From NCBI GenBank assembly GCA_963708135.1, contig OY970192.1:960001-1024000 (forward strand): a DNA stretch of 64,000 nucleotides, written 5' to 3'. A program made the translations under genes and the position numbers. This document shows, one piece after another, positions 20,852-30,272 of this stretch (within the stretch, counting starts at the first letter, position 1; each line of letters begins with the position of its first letter). The stretch is from an uncultured Gemmatimonadales bacterium. GTDB lineage: Bacteria; Gemmatimonadota; Gemmatimonadetes; Longimicrobiales; RSA9. Under the pieces are notes generated by a model. The model was not told where the DNA came from, did no database searches, and saw only the letters and a program-made list of their open reading frames with translations.

Positions 20852-22213
20852 GTGGCGCGAATCCTGGTGGTCGACGACGAGGAGGGCATCCGGCGCATCC
20901 TGCGCCAGGTGCTGGAGTACGAGGGCCACGTGGTGCACACCGCCGGCGGGGCCGGCGAGGCCTTCACCGAGTATGCGGAGTTCCACCCCGAGCTGACGTT
21001 CCTGGACGTCAAGATGGCGCGCATGGATGGGCTCGAGGTGCTCGACCGGCTGCGGCAGCAGGACCCACAGGCCGTGGTCGTCATGATCAGCGGCCACGGC
21101 AGCATCGAGACGGCCGTCGAGGCCACCCGCCGGGGTGCGTACGATTTCCTCGAGAAGCCGCTCGACACGGACCGGCTGCTGCTGACCATCCGCAACGCGC
21201 TCCAGCACCGCGGGCTCGAGCAGGAGAACGCGCGCCTGCGCGACGAGGTCGAGAGCCGCTACGAGATCGTAGGCAACAGCTACGCGATCCGCGCCCTGCT
21301 CGACCGCGTCGAGAAAGTCGGCCCGACCGACGCCCGCGTCCTCATCACGGGCGAGAACGGGACCGGCAAGGAGCTCGTGGCCAGGGCGCTGCACCGCCTC
21401 TCCCCCCGCGCCGAGGAGCCGTTCGTCGAGGTCAACTGCGCGGCCATTCCGGCCGAGCTCATCGAGAGCGAGCTGTTCGGCCACATGAAGGGCTCCTTCA
21501 CGGGCGCGCACACCGATCGAACCGGCAAGTTCGAGCAGGCGGACCGCGGCACCCTCTTCCTGGACGAGATCGGCGACATGAGCCTCGCCGCCCAGGCCAA
21601 GGTGCTGCGCGCCCTCCAAGAAGGTCTCGTCACGCCTGTGGGCGGCGAGCGTCCGACCCGGGTCGATGTCCGCAGCATCGCCGCCACCAACAAGAACCTC
21701 GAGCACGAAATCGCCGAAGGGCGCTTCCGCGAGGATCTCTTCTTCCGGCTCAACGTCGTGCCGATCCACGTGCCTCCGCTGCGCGAGCGCCGCGACGACG
21801 TCCCGATGCTCGTGCGCCATTTCGCCGAGACCGCCATCGAGGAGCAGCGCCTGCCGCCCCGCCACTTCGCCGCCGATGCCGTCGAGCGGCTGACGCGGAT
21901 GGAATGGCCCGGCAACGTGCGCGAGCTGCGCAACACGGTCGAGCGCCTGCTCATCCTCGCGCGCGGATCGGAGATCGGCCCCGCGGACGTCGAGCGCCTC
22001 GTCGCCGGAGGCCAGCCCGCCGGCGCCGCGCCTGCCGACATCCTCGCCGCGGCGACGTTCTCGCAGTTCAAGGAGCGGGCGGAGCGCGCCTACATCCTCG
22101 GCAAGCTGCGCGAACACGACTGGAACGTGAGCGAGACCGCCCGCTCGATCGACATGCCGCGCTCGAACCTCTACAAGAAGATCGAGCGCTACAATCTGAC
22201 CCGGGAGAGCTGA
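20852..22213 (+). CDS. Sigma-54-dependent response regulator (NtrC/NtrX family)
   Basis: Receiver domain, GENGTGKE, ESELFGH.KGSFTGA, FLDEIGDM, WPGNVREL, Fis-type HTH. Confidence 0.95.
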   Translation: MARILVVDDEEGIRRILRQVLEYEGHVVHTAGGAGEAFTEYAEFHPELTFLDVKMARMDGLEVLDRLRQQDPQAVVVMISGHGSIETAVEATRRGAYDFLEKPLDTDRLLLTIRNALQHRGLEQENARLRDEVESRYEIVGNSYAIRALLDRVEKVGPTDARVLITGENGTGKELVARALHRLSPRAEEPFVEVNCAAIPAELIESELFGHMKGSFTGAHTDRTGKFEQADRGTLFLDEIGDMSLAAQAKVLRALQEGLVTPVGGERPTRVDVRSIAATNKNLEHEIAEGRFREDLFFRLNVVPIHVPPLRERRDDVPMLVRHFAETAIEEQRLPPRHFAADAVERLTRMEWPGNVRELRNTVERLLILARGSEIGPADVERLVAGGQPAGAAPADILAAATFSQFKERAERAYILGKLREHDWNVSETARSIDMPRSNLYKKIERYNLTRES

Positions 22214-22461
22214 TGCCCGCCGCCTCCCTCGGCTTCGGCGCGCTGCAGCCGGACGGACGGGGGCCGAGCTGGACCGTGGTCTACCTGACCCTGGCCCTCG
22301 TCTGGTCGGTTTCGGCCATCGCCGGCGGCGCCGCCCTCGCCGCGCTGGCGCGCAGGGCCCAACCCGGGCTGTCCTTCCGCAAGCTGTGGATCTTCTTCGC
22401 CCTCCTCCTTGCCTTCGCCGTGGCCGCCTACCTCGGGATCGCGATCCACGCCGCCCGCTGA
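22213..22461 (+). CDS. Small two-TM hypothetical protein
   Basis: TGATG overlap with the regulator; two hydrophobic segments. Confidence 0.55.
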   Translation: MPAASLGFGALQPDGRGPSWTVVYLTLALVWSVSAIAGGAALAALARRAQPGLSFRKLWIFFALLLAFAVAAYLGIAIHAAR

Positions 22462-22566
22462 TGCCGCGCGTCCGCGCCCGCCGTCCCGACTTGCCGTGCC
22501 CCGGCGCGACCACCAGAATGCGGGAACGACCGGGGACGGCACTGCACGCATAGGAGCGGAGAAACC

Positions 22567-24069
22567 ATGTCGAAGAAGTTCAGGAACCACATCGCCGGGG
22601 AGTGGGTCGAGCCCGCGTCCGGCGATTACTTCGAGAACCGGAACCCCGCCAGTCACGACGAGGTGCTCGGTCTGTTCCCGCTGTCCGGAATCGAGGACCT
22701 CGAGCGCGCCGTCGCGTCGGCCCGCGCGGGCTTCGAGCGATGGCGCCGCACCCCGGCTCCGGCGCGCGGCGACGTTCTCCGCCACGCGGGCGACCTGCTC
22801 TCCGTCCGGAAGGACGAGATCGCGAAGGTGATGACGCGCGAGATGGGCAAGGTGCTCGACGAGACCCGGGGGGACGTGCAGGAGGGGATCGACACCGCCT
22901 ACTATGCGGCGACCGAGGGGCGCCGCCTGTTCGGCCACACGGTGCCCAGCGAGCTGCGCGACAAGTGGGCCATGAGCTTCCGGCGGCCCATCGGCGTGTG
23001 CGGCATCATCACGCCCTTCAACTTCCCGCTCGCGATCCCGACGTGGAAGATCTTCCCGGCGCTCGCCTGCGGGAACTCCGTCATCTTCAAGCCGGCCGAG
23101 GACGTGCCGCACACCGCCGCTCTCTTCGTGGAGATCCTCCTCGAGGCGGGGCTCCCGCCCGACGTGGTGCAGCTGCTCCACGGCCGCGGCGAGGAGGTCG
23201 GGGCCGCCATGGTGGAGCACCCCGACATCCCCGTCATCTCCTTTACCGGCTCCACCTCCACCGGCGCGCGCATCGGCGAGACGTGCGGCCGCATGCACAA
23301 GCGGCTCTCGCTCGAGATGGGCGGCAAGAATGCCCAGATCGTCCTGCCCGACGCCGACATGGATCTCGCCCTCGATGGCGTGCTCTGGGGCGCCTTCGGC
23401 ACCACCGGGCAGCGCTGCACCGCAACCAGCCGCCTGCTTCTCCATGACCAGATCCACGATGCGTTCCTGGAGCGCCTCGTGGCGCGCGTGCGCAAGCTCC
23501 GGCTCGGTGATGGCCTCGATCCCGACACCGACGTGGGACCACTCATCAACCAGGACGCGCTCGACAAGGTCAGCCGCTACATCGAGATCGCCCGCGCCGA
23601 GGGCGACGAGGTCCTCACCGGCGGCGAGCGCGCCACCGGCGGCCCACTCGATCGCGGCTTCTTCTTCCAACCCACCATCTTGCGCGGTGTGCGCCCGGGC
23701 AGTCGGCTGGCCTGCGAGGAAGTCTTCGGCCCCGTGCTGAGCGTCGTCCGCATCAACGACGTCGATGAGGCGTTCCGCGTCAACAACGAGGTGGAGTACG
23801 GCCTGTCCAGCTCGATCTACACGAAGGATGTGCGCACGGCCTTCCGCGCCATGACCGAGCTCGACAACGGGATCACCTACGTGAACGCCCCCACCATCGG
23901 CGCCGAGGCCCACCTGCCCTTCGGAGGCGTCAAGAAGACGGGCAATGGCCACCGCGAGGGCGGCTGGGAGGTCTTCGACTTCTACAGCGAGACGAAGGTC
24001 GCCTACGTGGACTACTCGGGGAAGCTGCAGCGGGCCCAGATCGACACCTACGAGGCCAGCCCGTACTGA
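22567..24069 (+). CDS. Aldehyde dehydrogenase family protein
   Basis: ITPFNFP, FTGST, LEMGGKN, GQRCTA, EEVFGP, PFGGVK. Confidence 0.95.
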   Translation: MSKKFRNHIAGEWVEPASGDYFENRNPASHDEVLGLFPLSGIEDLERAVASARAGFERWRRTPAPARGDVLRHAGDLLSVRKDEIAKVMTREMGKVLDETRGDVQEGIDTAYYAATEGRRLFGHTVPSELRDKWAMSFRRPIGVCGIITPFNFPLAIPTWKIFPALACGNSVIFKPAEDVPHTAALFVEILLEAGLPPDVVQLLHGRGEEVGAAMVEHPDIPVISFTGSTSTGARIGETCGRMHKRLSLEMGGKNAQIVLPDADMDLALDGVLWGAFGTTGQRCTATSRLLLHDQIHDAFLERLVARVRKLRLGDGLDPDTDVGPLINQDALDKVSRYIEIARAEGDEVLTGGERATGGPLDRGFFFQPTILRGVRPGSRLACEEVFGPVLSVVRINDVDEAFRVNNEVEYGLSSSIYTKDVRTAFRAMTELDNGITYVNAPTIGAEAHLPFGGVKKTGNGHREGGWEVFDFYSETKVAYVDYSGKLQRAQIDTYEASPY

Positions 24070-24114
24070 GTCGGCAGGCACGCGGCCTGCAGTCCTGGCG
24101 CACCGGCGCGACGC

Positions 24115-24241
24115 CTGTGCGCCAGGGGGGCTAGCGCGAGCAGGGACCCTGCGTTAGGTTCATTCACCCGCTCGGGATCCCCGACAGAAGACCAGGTGCT
24201 CTCGTGTCCGGCTACGGAACATGCCCCAGCGCCTCCCACAG
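24115..24241 (-). ncRNA. ssrS: Candidate 6S RNA (short)
   Basis: Minus strand folds by eye into a rod with closing stem GCGCUGGGG/CCCCUGGCGC and a central bubble; carries AUGUUC and UGAACCUA...GGGU as in 6S RNAs. Shorter than usual. Confidence 0.5.
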
Positions 24242-24268
24242 CGACGGTGGCATCTCCGTTCGGCTCGT

Positions 24269-24297
24269 TTGACAGCAGCGCGGTGCCACCGTAGGAT
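24269..24297 (+). promoter_or_regulatory. Sigma-70 promoter for lepB
   Basis: TTGACA-17 bp-TAGGAT. Confidence 0.7.
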
Positions 24298-24303
24298 CAG
24301 AGA

Positions 24304-25077
24304 GTGGTCGTGACGCCCGACTCCCACCGCTCAGACGAAGATCAGGCCCAGCAAGAGACCGGGCCGGTGCCGACCGCGCCGAGGAGCTCGACCTCCTTCG
24401 GCCGGTGGTTGTGGGAGTGGACCAAATCGATTCTCGTCGCCTTCACGCTCTTCCTCTTGATCCGGACGTTCCTGGTGGAAGCCTTTAGAATCCCCACGGG
24501 GAGCATGGAACGTACGCTCCTCGTCGGCGATTTCCTCCTCGTGAACAAGGCCGTCTACGGCGCGGAGATCCCGGGGACCCACCTCCACCTGCCGGCGTTC
24601 GACGAGCCCCGCCGCGGCGACATCGTCGTCTTCATCCCGCCCGACGCGCCGGACAAGAACTACGTCAAGCGGCTCGTCGGCATCGGCGGCGACACGCTCT
24701 CCATGCGCAACAAGATCCTCTTCCGGAACGGTCGGCGCGTGGAGCAGCCGTACGCCATCTTCACCGATCCGAACGACGACATTTTCGTGCCCGGCATGAT
24801 GTGGCAGAAGAGCGCCCTCGCGCCCGGCGTCGACCCGGACAGCTATCACCCGACCCGCGACAACTGGGGGCCGATCGTCGTGCCGCCCGGGAAGTACTTC
24901 TTCCTGGGCGACAACCGTGACGACTCCGAGGACTCGCGTTACTGGGGCTTCGTCGATCGCTCCGCGGTCCGCGGCCAGCCCATGTTCGTATACTACTCGT
25001 TCGATCCCAGCACCGTGCAGCCGTTCCCTTGGCTCACCGACATCCGCTGGGCTCGTATCGGCAGCACCGTCCACTGA
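24304..25077 (+). CDS. lepB: Signal peptidase I
   Basis: IPTGSMERTL (Ser), YVKRLVG (Lys), GDNRDDSEDSRYWG. Confidence 0.95.
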   Translation: MVVTPDSHRSDEDQAQQETGPVPTAPRSSTSFGRWLWEWTKSILVAFTLFLLIRTFLVEAFRIPTGSMERTLLVGDFLLVNKAVYGAEIPGTHLHLPAFDEPRRGDIVVFIPPDAPDKNYVKRLVGIGGDTLSMRNKILFRNGRRVEQPYAIFTDPNDDIFVPGMMWQKSALAPGVDPDSYHPTRDNWGPIVVPPGKYFFLGDNRDDSEDSRYWGFVDRSAVRGQPMFVYYSFDPSTVQPFPWLTDIRWARIGSTVH

Positions 25078-25201
25078 CCCGGCGGCGCATCCGCGCCCCG
25101 GCTCTCAAAGAGGTCAAAGGCCGCCCGCCGGTGCGGCCCCGGTATAGATGCCCCGACCTCGTCGGTCCATTCCACTCCGTCGCCTCAAACGGAGCGCCGC
25201 C

Positions 25202-26062
25202 ATGAGTTTTACGAGCAGCCGCCGCGGGTTGTACGAGGAGAGCTCCCTCGATCAGTACCTCAAGGAGATCAGCGCCTATCCCCTGCTGACCCGTGAGCAG
25301 GAGGTCGAGCTCGCCGGGCGGATCCGCACCGGCGACGAGGAGGCCCTCGACACCCTCGTCCGTTCCAACCTCCGCTTCGTCGTCTCCGTCGCCAAGAAGT
25401 ACCAGAACCAGGGCGTCGCCCTCGGCGACCTGATCAACGAGGGCAACCTCGGCCTGATCCGCGCCGCTCACAAGTTCGACGAGACGAAGGGCATCAAGTT
25501 CATCTCGTACGCCGTCTGGTGGATCCGCCAGGCCATCCTCCAGGCCCTCGCCGAGCAGAGCCGCATCGTGCGCGTGCCGCTCAACCGCGCCGGTGCCCTC
25601 CACCGCATCGGCCGCCGCTCCTCCACCCTTCTCCAGGAGCTCGGCCGCGAGCCGACCGTCGAGGAGATCGCCGATGAGCTCGACATCTCCCACGAGGAGG
25701 TCCAGCGTACCCTGGCCATCTCCCAATCCCACCTCTCCCTCGACGCGCCCCTCAGCCCCGGCGAGGACAACCGCCTCCTCGACTACCTGCCCGACCAGTT
25801 CTCCGCCGGCCCCGATGACGAGACCTACGACCGCGCCCTCTCCCTCACCATCGAGGAGGCCCTCGGCACCCTCAAGGAGAGAGAGGCCAAGGTGCTCCGC
25901 CTCTACTTCGGGCTCGACGCTCAGGACCCGATGACCCTCGAGGAGATCGGCTCCCTCCTCAACATCACCCGCGAGCGCGTCCGGCAGATCAAGGAGAAGG
26001 CCCTCGTCCGCCTCCGCCACGCTTCCCGCGCCCGCTTCCTGGAGACCTTCCTCGGCACCTGA
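25202..26062 (+). CDS. RpoD/SigA-like sigma-70 factor lacking region 1.1
   Basis: YLKEI, NLRFVVSVAKKY, DLINEGNLGL, KFISYAVWWIRQAI, TLEEIG, TRERVRQI. Confidence 0.93.
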   Translation: MSFTSSRRGLYEESSLDQYLKEISAYPLLTREQEVELAGRIRTGDEEALDTLVRSNLRFVVSVAKKYQNQGVALGDLINEGNLGLIRAAHKFDETKGIKFISYAVWWIRQAILQALAEQSRIVRVPLNRAGALHRIGRRSSTLLQELGREPTVEEIADELDISHEEVQRTLAISQSHLSLDAPLSPGEDNRLLDYLPDQFSAGPDDETYDRALSLTIEEALGTLKEREAKVLRLYFGLDAQDPMTLEEIGSLLNITRERVRQIKEKALVRLRHASRARFLETFLGT

Positions 26063-26184
26063 GCCTCCCCCGCGGCCGCCAGCGCAGAGCTGACGCCAGT
26101 GGCGCGAGGCGCGGGTCCGAACCGCGCCTGCGCCTGCGTTTCCGCCAGCCGTCGCGCCCTGCGTTTCCCTGCGCGTTTCCCGCC

Positions 26185-26213
26185 TTGACAGCACCTCCGC
26201 CTTCGCCTATCCT
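26185..26213 (+). promoter_or_regulatory. Sigma-70 promoter of the rplM operon
   Basis: TTGACA-17 bp-TATCCT. Confidence 0.75.
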
Positions 26214-26254
26214 TCAAAGCTGTTCCGCTTTGCGCGGCTATCACCGGGGTACGC

Positions 26255-26683
26255 ATGAAGACCTATACGCCGAAACCCGCCGAGATCGAGCGCCGCTGGT
26301 GGCTCGTCGACGCCAACGAGAAGGTGCTCGGCAGGCTGGCGAGCGAGATCGCCCAGATCCTGCGCGGGAAGCACAAGCCCATGTTCACGCCGCATCTCGA
26401 CACCGGCGACTACGTTGTCGTCGTGAACGCCGAGAAGGTGCGCCTCACGGGGCGCAAGGCGGAGCAGAAGACGTACTTCCGCCACACCGGTTACATGGGT
26501 CACGAGAAGCACATCCCGATCCGGCGCGTGCTCGAGGAGCACCCGGAGCGGGTCCTCGAGTCGGCGGTGAAGGGAATGCTGCCGAAGAACAATCTCGGCC
26601 GGCTGATGCGCAAGAAGCTAAAGATCTACGCGGGCCCGGAGCATCCGCACGAGGCCCAGCAGCCGGAAGTCCTGGAGCTCTGA
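26255..26683 (+). CDS. rplM: 50S ribosomal protein L13
   Basis: [34 protein letters not shown]. Confidence 0.98.
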   Translation: MKTYTPKPAEIERRWWLVDANEKVLGRLASEIAQILRGKHKPMFTPHLDTGDYVVVVNAEKVRLTGRKAEQKTYFRHTGYMGHEKHIPIRRVLEEHPERVLESAVKGMLPKNNLGRLMRKKLKIYAGPEHPHEAQQPEVLEL

Positions 26684-26684
26684 C

Positions 26685-27083
26685 ATGGCGGATACGGTCC
26701 AGCAGTACCACGGCCTCGGCCGTCGCAAGTCGAGTGTCGCGCGCGTGTGGCTGCGGCCCGGCGGCGGGTCGTTCAAGGTGAACGGGCGCCCGCTCGGGGA
26801 CTACTTCCCGCGGCTGTCGAACCAGCAGCACGTGCAGGAGCCGCTCTCGGCCACGCAGCAGCAGGGCCGCTTCGACATCAAGGTGAACGTCGATGGCGGC
26901 GGGCTGACGGGGCAGGCGGGGGCGGTGCGGCTCGCGCTGGCGCGCGCGCTGCTGAAGACGGACGGCGAGTTGCGCGGCGTGCTGCGCGAGAAGGGCATGC
27001 TGACGCGCGATGCCCGCGAGGTGGAGCGCAAGAAGCCGGGGCGTCCCGGAGCACGCAAGCGGTTCCAGTTCTCCAAGCGCTGA
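26685..27083 (+). CDS. rpsI: 30S ribosomal protein S9
   Basis: GRRKSSVARV, GGGLTGQAGA, ERKKPG...FQFSKR. Confidence 0.98.
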   Translation: MADTVQQYHGLGRRKSSVARVWLRPGGGSFKVNGRPLGDYFPRLSNQQHVQEPLSATQQQGRFDIKVNVDGGGLTGQAGAVRLALARALLKTDGELRGVLREKGMLTRDAREVERKKPGRPGARKRFQFSKR

Positions 27084-27185
27084 TCTGGCGCGGCGGAGCC
27101 TCCTCGTGGAGGGCGACGTCGCACCAGGCAGGCGTGCGTGCGCAGGCGTCGCGCACGCCGAGCCGGGCTCCGGTCCGGCAAATCC

Positions 27186-27266
27186 GCACACCGTCGGGCG
27201 CCATGCTGGGGTCCCCCTGGAACCGGGGGCGGCGCGGCGAGCGAAGGCGGTGGAGGCGAAAACCCC
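27186..27266 (+). promoter_or_regulatory. rpsB (S2) autoregulatory leader RNA
   Basis: CACACCGTC...GGGGT-CCCCC...GGGGGC...GGCGGTGGAGGC-GAAA-ACCCC, the same layout as the E. coli rpsB leader (GGGGU/ACCCC pairing). Confidence 0.75.
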
Positions 27267-27286
27267 ATACGCGGTGAACGAGCCGA

Positions 27287-28189
27287 ATGGTTGAAACGCA
27301 GCTCAAGGAGCTACTCGAGGCGGGTGTCCATTTCGGGCACCAGCGCAGCCGGTGGAACCCCAAGATGCGGCGCTACATCTTCGCGCAGCGCAACGGGATC
27401 CACATCATCGACCTGAAGAAGACACTGGCCGCGCTGCAGATGGCCCAGCAGGTGGTGCGCGAGGTGACGCTGGAGGGGGAGCGCGTGCTGTACGTGTGCA
27501 CGAAGCGCCAGCTCCGGATGATCGTCGAGCAGGACGCGGCGCGCTGCGGCTCCTTCTACGTCACGGAGCGCTGGCTCGGTGGGATGCTGACCAACTTCTC
27601 GACGATCAAGAAGCAGATCCGGCGCCTGAAGGAGCTGGAGCGCGGGATCGAGGAGGGCTCCTACGAGTTCTACACCAAGAAGGAGCGTCTGCTGCTCGAG
27701 CGGGAGCGCGAGAAGCTGAACAAGTACCTGGCGGGTGTGAAGGACATGGCGCGACTGCCGGGAGCGCTGTTCGTGGTGGACGCCAAGAAGGAGCAGATCG
27801 CGGTCCGGGAAGCCAACAAGCTGGGCATCCCGGTGATCGCGATCGCGGATACGAACGCGGACCCGGATACGATCGACTATCCGATCCCGGGCAACGATGA
27901 CGCGATCCGCTCGGTGTCGGTGATCACGCGCGCGATCTCGGACTCGATCGAGCAGGCGCGGCGGGAGCTGCCGCCGGAGGCGAGGCGGCGGGCGGACGAG
28001 GTGGAGGCGGTCACCTACTCGACGGAGACGGGGACGACACAGGAGGCGGCGTCGGAGGACCGTCGGCCGCGCAAGCGGCCTCGCCGGAAGCGTCGGCCGC
28101 GCCCGGAGGTGATCGCCACGATCCGGACGGGTGAGGGAGAGGCCGAGGAGGCGCAGCCGAGCACGGAGGAGGCGGAGGCGGAGGCGTAG
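27287..28189 (+). CDS. rpsB: 30S ribosomal protein S2
   Basis: LLEAGVHFGH, WNPKM, RWLGGMLTNF, PGNDDAIRS. Confidence 0.98.
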   Translation: MVETQLKELLEAGVHFGHQRSRWNPKMRRYIFAQRNGIHIIDLKKTLAALQMAQQVVREVTLEGERVLYVCTKRQLRMIVEQDAARCGSFYVTERWLGGMLTNFSTIKKQIRRLKELERGIEEGSYEFYTKKERLLLEREREKLNKYLAGVKDMARLPGALFVVDAKKEQIAVREANKLGIPVIAIADTNADPDTIDYPIPGNDDAIRSVSVITRAISDSIEQARRELPPEARRRADEVEAVTYSTETGTTQEAASEDRRPRKRPRRKRRPRPEVIATIRTGEGEAEEAQPSTEEAEAEA

Positions 28190-28223
28190 ACCTCCCGAGG
28201 ATGTGGTCACGCTCAGCGCCCCG

Positions 28224-28268
28224 AAAGCGCTGCAGCGCTGCAGCCCTGCAGCCCTGCAGCGCTTTTTT
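28224..28268 (+). terminator. Terminator-like hairpin made of tandem 8-mers between rpsB and tsf
   Basis: AAAGCGCTGCAG...CTGCAGCGCTTT ending in a T6 run; four CTGCAG at 8-nt spacing. Confidence 0.55.
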
Positions 28269-28307
28269 GCGGAGCGCGAGGCATCAACACGAGGGAGAAA
28301 AGGAACC

Positions 28308-28907
28308 ATGGCGATCAGTGCCGCAGAGGTGAAGGAGCTCCGCGAGCGGACCGGCGCGGGGATGATGGAGTGCAAGAAGGCGCTCGAGGAGGCGGACGGC
28401 AACATCGAGGGCGCCATAGACATCCTGCGCGCCAAGGGGGCGGCGAAGGCGGCCAAGCGGGCCGGGAAAGAGGCGCGCGAGGGGGCGGTGGGCAGCTATG
28501 TGCACATGGGCGGGAAGATCGGCGTGCTGGTGGAGGTGAACTGCGAGACGGATTTCGTGGCGCGCACGGAGACCTTCCAGCAGCTCGTGCACGACCTGGC
28601 CATGCACATCGCGGCGGCGAACCCGCTGGCGGTGTCGGCCGAGGGGATCCCGGCGGACATCGTGGAGCGGGAGCGCGCGGTGTTCCTCGAGCAGGTGAAG
28701 AACGAGGGCAAGCCGGAGCAGCTGTGGGCGAAGATCGCGGAGGGCAAGCTGAAGAAGTTCTACAAGGACAACGCGCTGCTGGACCAGGCCTTCGTGAAGG
28801 ATCCGAAGGGCGAGCTGACGATCGCGCAGCTGATCACGGAGGCTTCCGCCCGCACGGGGGAGAAGATCGAGGTCGCCCGGTTCGCGCGATTCGCGCTGGG
28901 CGAGTAG
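28308..28907 (+). CDS. tsf: Elongation factor Ts (short form, 199 aa)
   Basis: [29 protein letters not shown]. Confidence 0.97.
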   Translation: MAISAAEVKELRERTGAGMMECKKALEEADGNIEGAIDILRAKGAAKAAKRAGKEAREGAVGSYVHMGGKIGVLVEVNCETDFVARTETFQQLVHDLAMHIAAANPLAVSAEGIPADIVERERAVFLEQVKNEGKPEQLWAKIAEGKLKKFYKDNALLDQAFVKDPKGELTIAQLITEASARTGEKIEVARFARFALGE

Positions 28908-28935
28908 GGACCAGGTCTCGAACGCGGGAGCGACC

Positions 28936-29658
28936 GTGGCGGGCGACGCCGGACTCAAGTACAGCCGGGTGCTGCTGAAGCTGAGCGGCGAGGCGCTGGC
29001 GGGAGAGCAGGGCTTCGGGATCTCGCCGCCCGTAGTGCAGCGGCTGACGGACGAGATCAAGGCCGTACACGCGATGGGGGTCTCGCTGGGGCTGGTGATC
29101 GGCGGCGGCAACATCGTGCGCGGGACGCAGGCCAGCCAGGAGGGGATGGACCGCGTCAGCGCCGACTACATGGGCATGCTGGCCACGGTGATCAACGCGC
29201 TGGCGCTGCAGGACCTGCTCGAGCGGAAGTCGGTGGACACGCGCGTGATGAGCGCGATCCGCATGGAGGCGCTGGCGGAACCCTACATCCGGCGGCGGGC
29301 GCTCCGGCACCTGGACAAGGGCCGGGTGGTCATCTTCGCCGGCGGGACGGGCAATCCGTACTTCTCGACAGATACGGCGGCGGTGCTGCGCGGGGTCGAG
29401 ATGCACGCGGACGTGATCATGAAGGCGACAAAGGTCGAGGGCGTGTACACGGCGGATCCGGCCAGGGACCCCGCGGCGGAGTTCCTGCCGGAGATCTCCT
29501 TCATGGAGGTCATGACGCGCGAGCTCGGCGTGATGGACGCGGCGGCGATCTCGCTGTGCAAGGAGAACGGGCTGCCGATCATCGTGCTGAACATCCAGAC
29601 CCCCGGCGCGGTGGCCGCGGCGATCCGCGGAGAGCGGGTGGGGACGCTGGTCTCCTGA
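28936..29658 (+). CDS. pyrH: UMP kinase
   Basis: [35 protein letters not shown]. Confidence 0.98.
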   Translation: MAGDAGLKYSRVLLKLSGEALAGEQGFGISPPVVQRLTDEIKAVHAMGVSLGLVIGGGNIVRGTQASQEGMDRVSADYMGMLATVINALALQDLLERKSVDTRVMSAIRMEALAEPYIRRRALRHLDKGRVVIFAGGTGNPYFSTDTAAVLRGVEMHADVIMKATKVEGVYTADPARDPAAEFLPEISFMEVMTRELGVMDAAAISLCKENGLPIIVLNIQTPGAVAAAIRGERVGTLVS

Positions 29659-29712
29659 AGGCGCCCGGCGTATCTTCCGGCTCTCACGCGGAAGCTCAAT
29701 GGAGGAGGAACG

Positions 29713-30264
29713 ATGCCGTCGATCACGAGTGCGCGCGAGCACATGGAGCGTTCGCTTGATGCCATGCGGCGCGAGTTTTCTTCGGTGCGGACGGGGAAGG
29801 CCTCGCCGGCGCTGCTGGACACCGTGCGCGTCGATGCCTACGGCTCGAAGATGCCGCTCAACCAGGTCGCCACGGTGAGCGCGCCTGAGCCGCGCATGCT
29901 GCTCGTCCAGCCGTGGGACAAGACGCTCCTGCCGGTCGTGGAGAAAGCGATCATGACGGCGGAGCTCGGGCTCAACCCGTCGAACGACGGCAGCGTGGTG
30001 CGGGTCCCGATTCCCACGCTGACGGAGGAACGGCGCAAGGAGATGGTGCGCCTGCTCCACAAGCTCGCCGAGGAAGGCCGCGTGGCCGTGCGCCACGCCC
30101 GCCAGGAGGCCAACAAGGACATCAAGGCGCGGCAGAACGAGCACGAGATCAGCGAGGATGACGCGCGCCGCGAGATGGACGAGGTCCAGAAGCTGACGGA
30201 CGAGCACATCGCGAGGATCGATGACCTCCTGAAGTCGAAGGAAGAAGAGGTGATGGAGGTCTGA
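29713..30264 (+). CDS. frr: Ribosome recycling factor
   Basis: VRTGKASP, LGLNPSNDG, LTEERRKE. Confidence 0.98.
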   Translation: MPSITSAREHMERSLDAMRREFSSVRTGKASPALLDTVRVDAYGSKMPLNQVATVSAPEPRMLLVQPWDKTLLPVVEKAIMTAELGLNPSNDGSVVRVPIPTLTEERRKEMVRLLHKLAEEGRVAVRHARQEANKDIKARQNEHEISEDDARREMDEVQKLTDEHIARIDDLLKSKEEEVMEV

Positions 30265-30272
30265 CGGAGCGC

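Noticed and set aside
26136..26181. Three GCGTTTCC repeats upstream of the rplM -35 box
   Set aside because: Short and irregularly spaced; I cannot support an operator or array.
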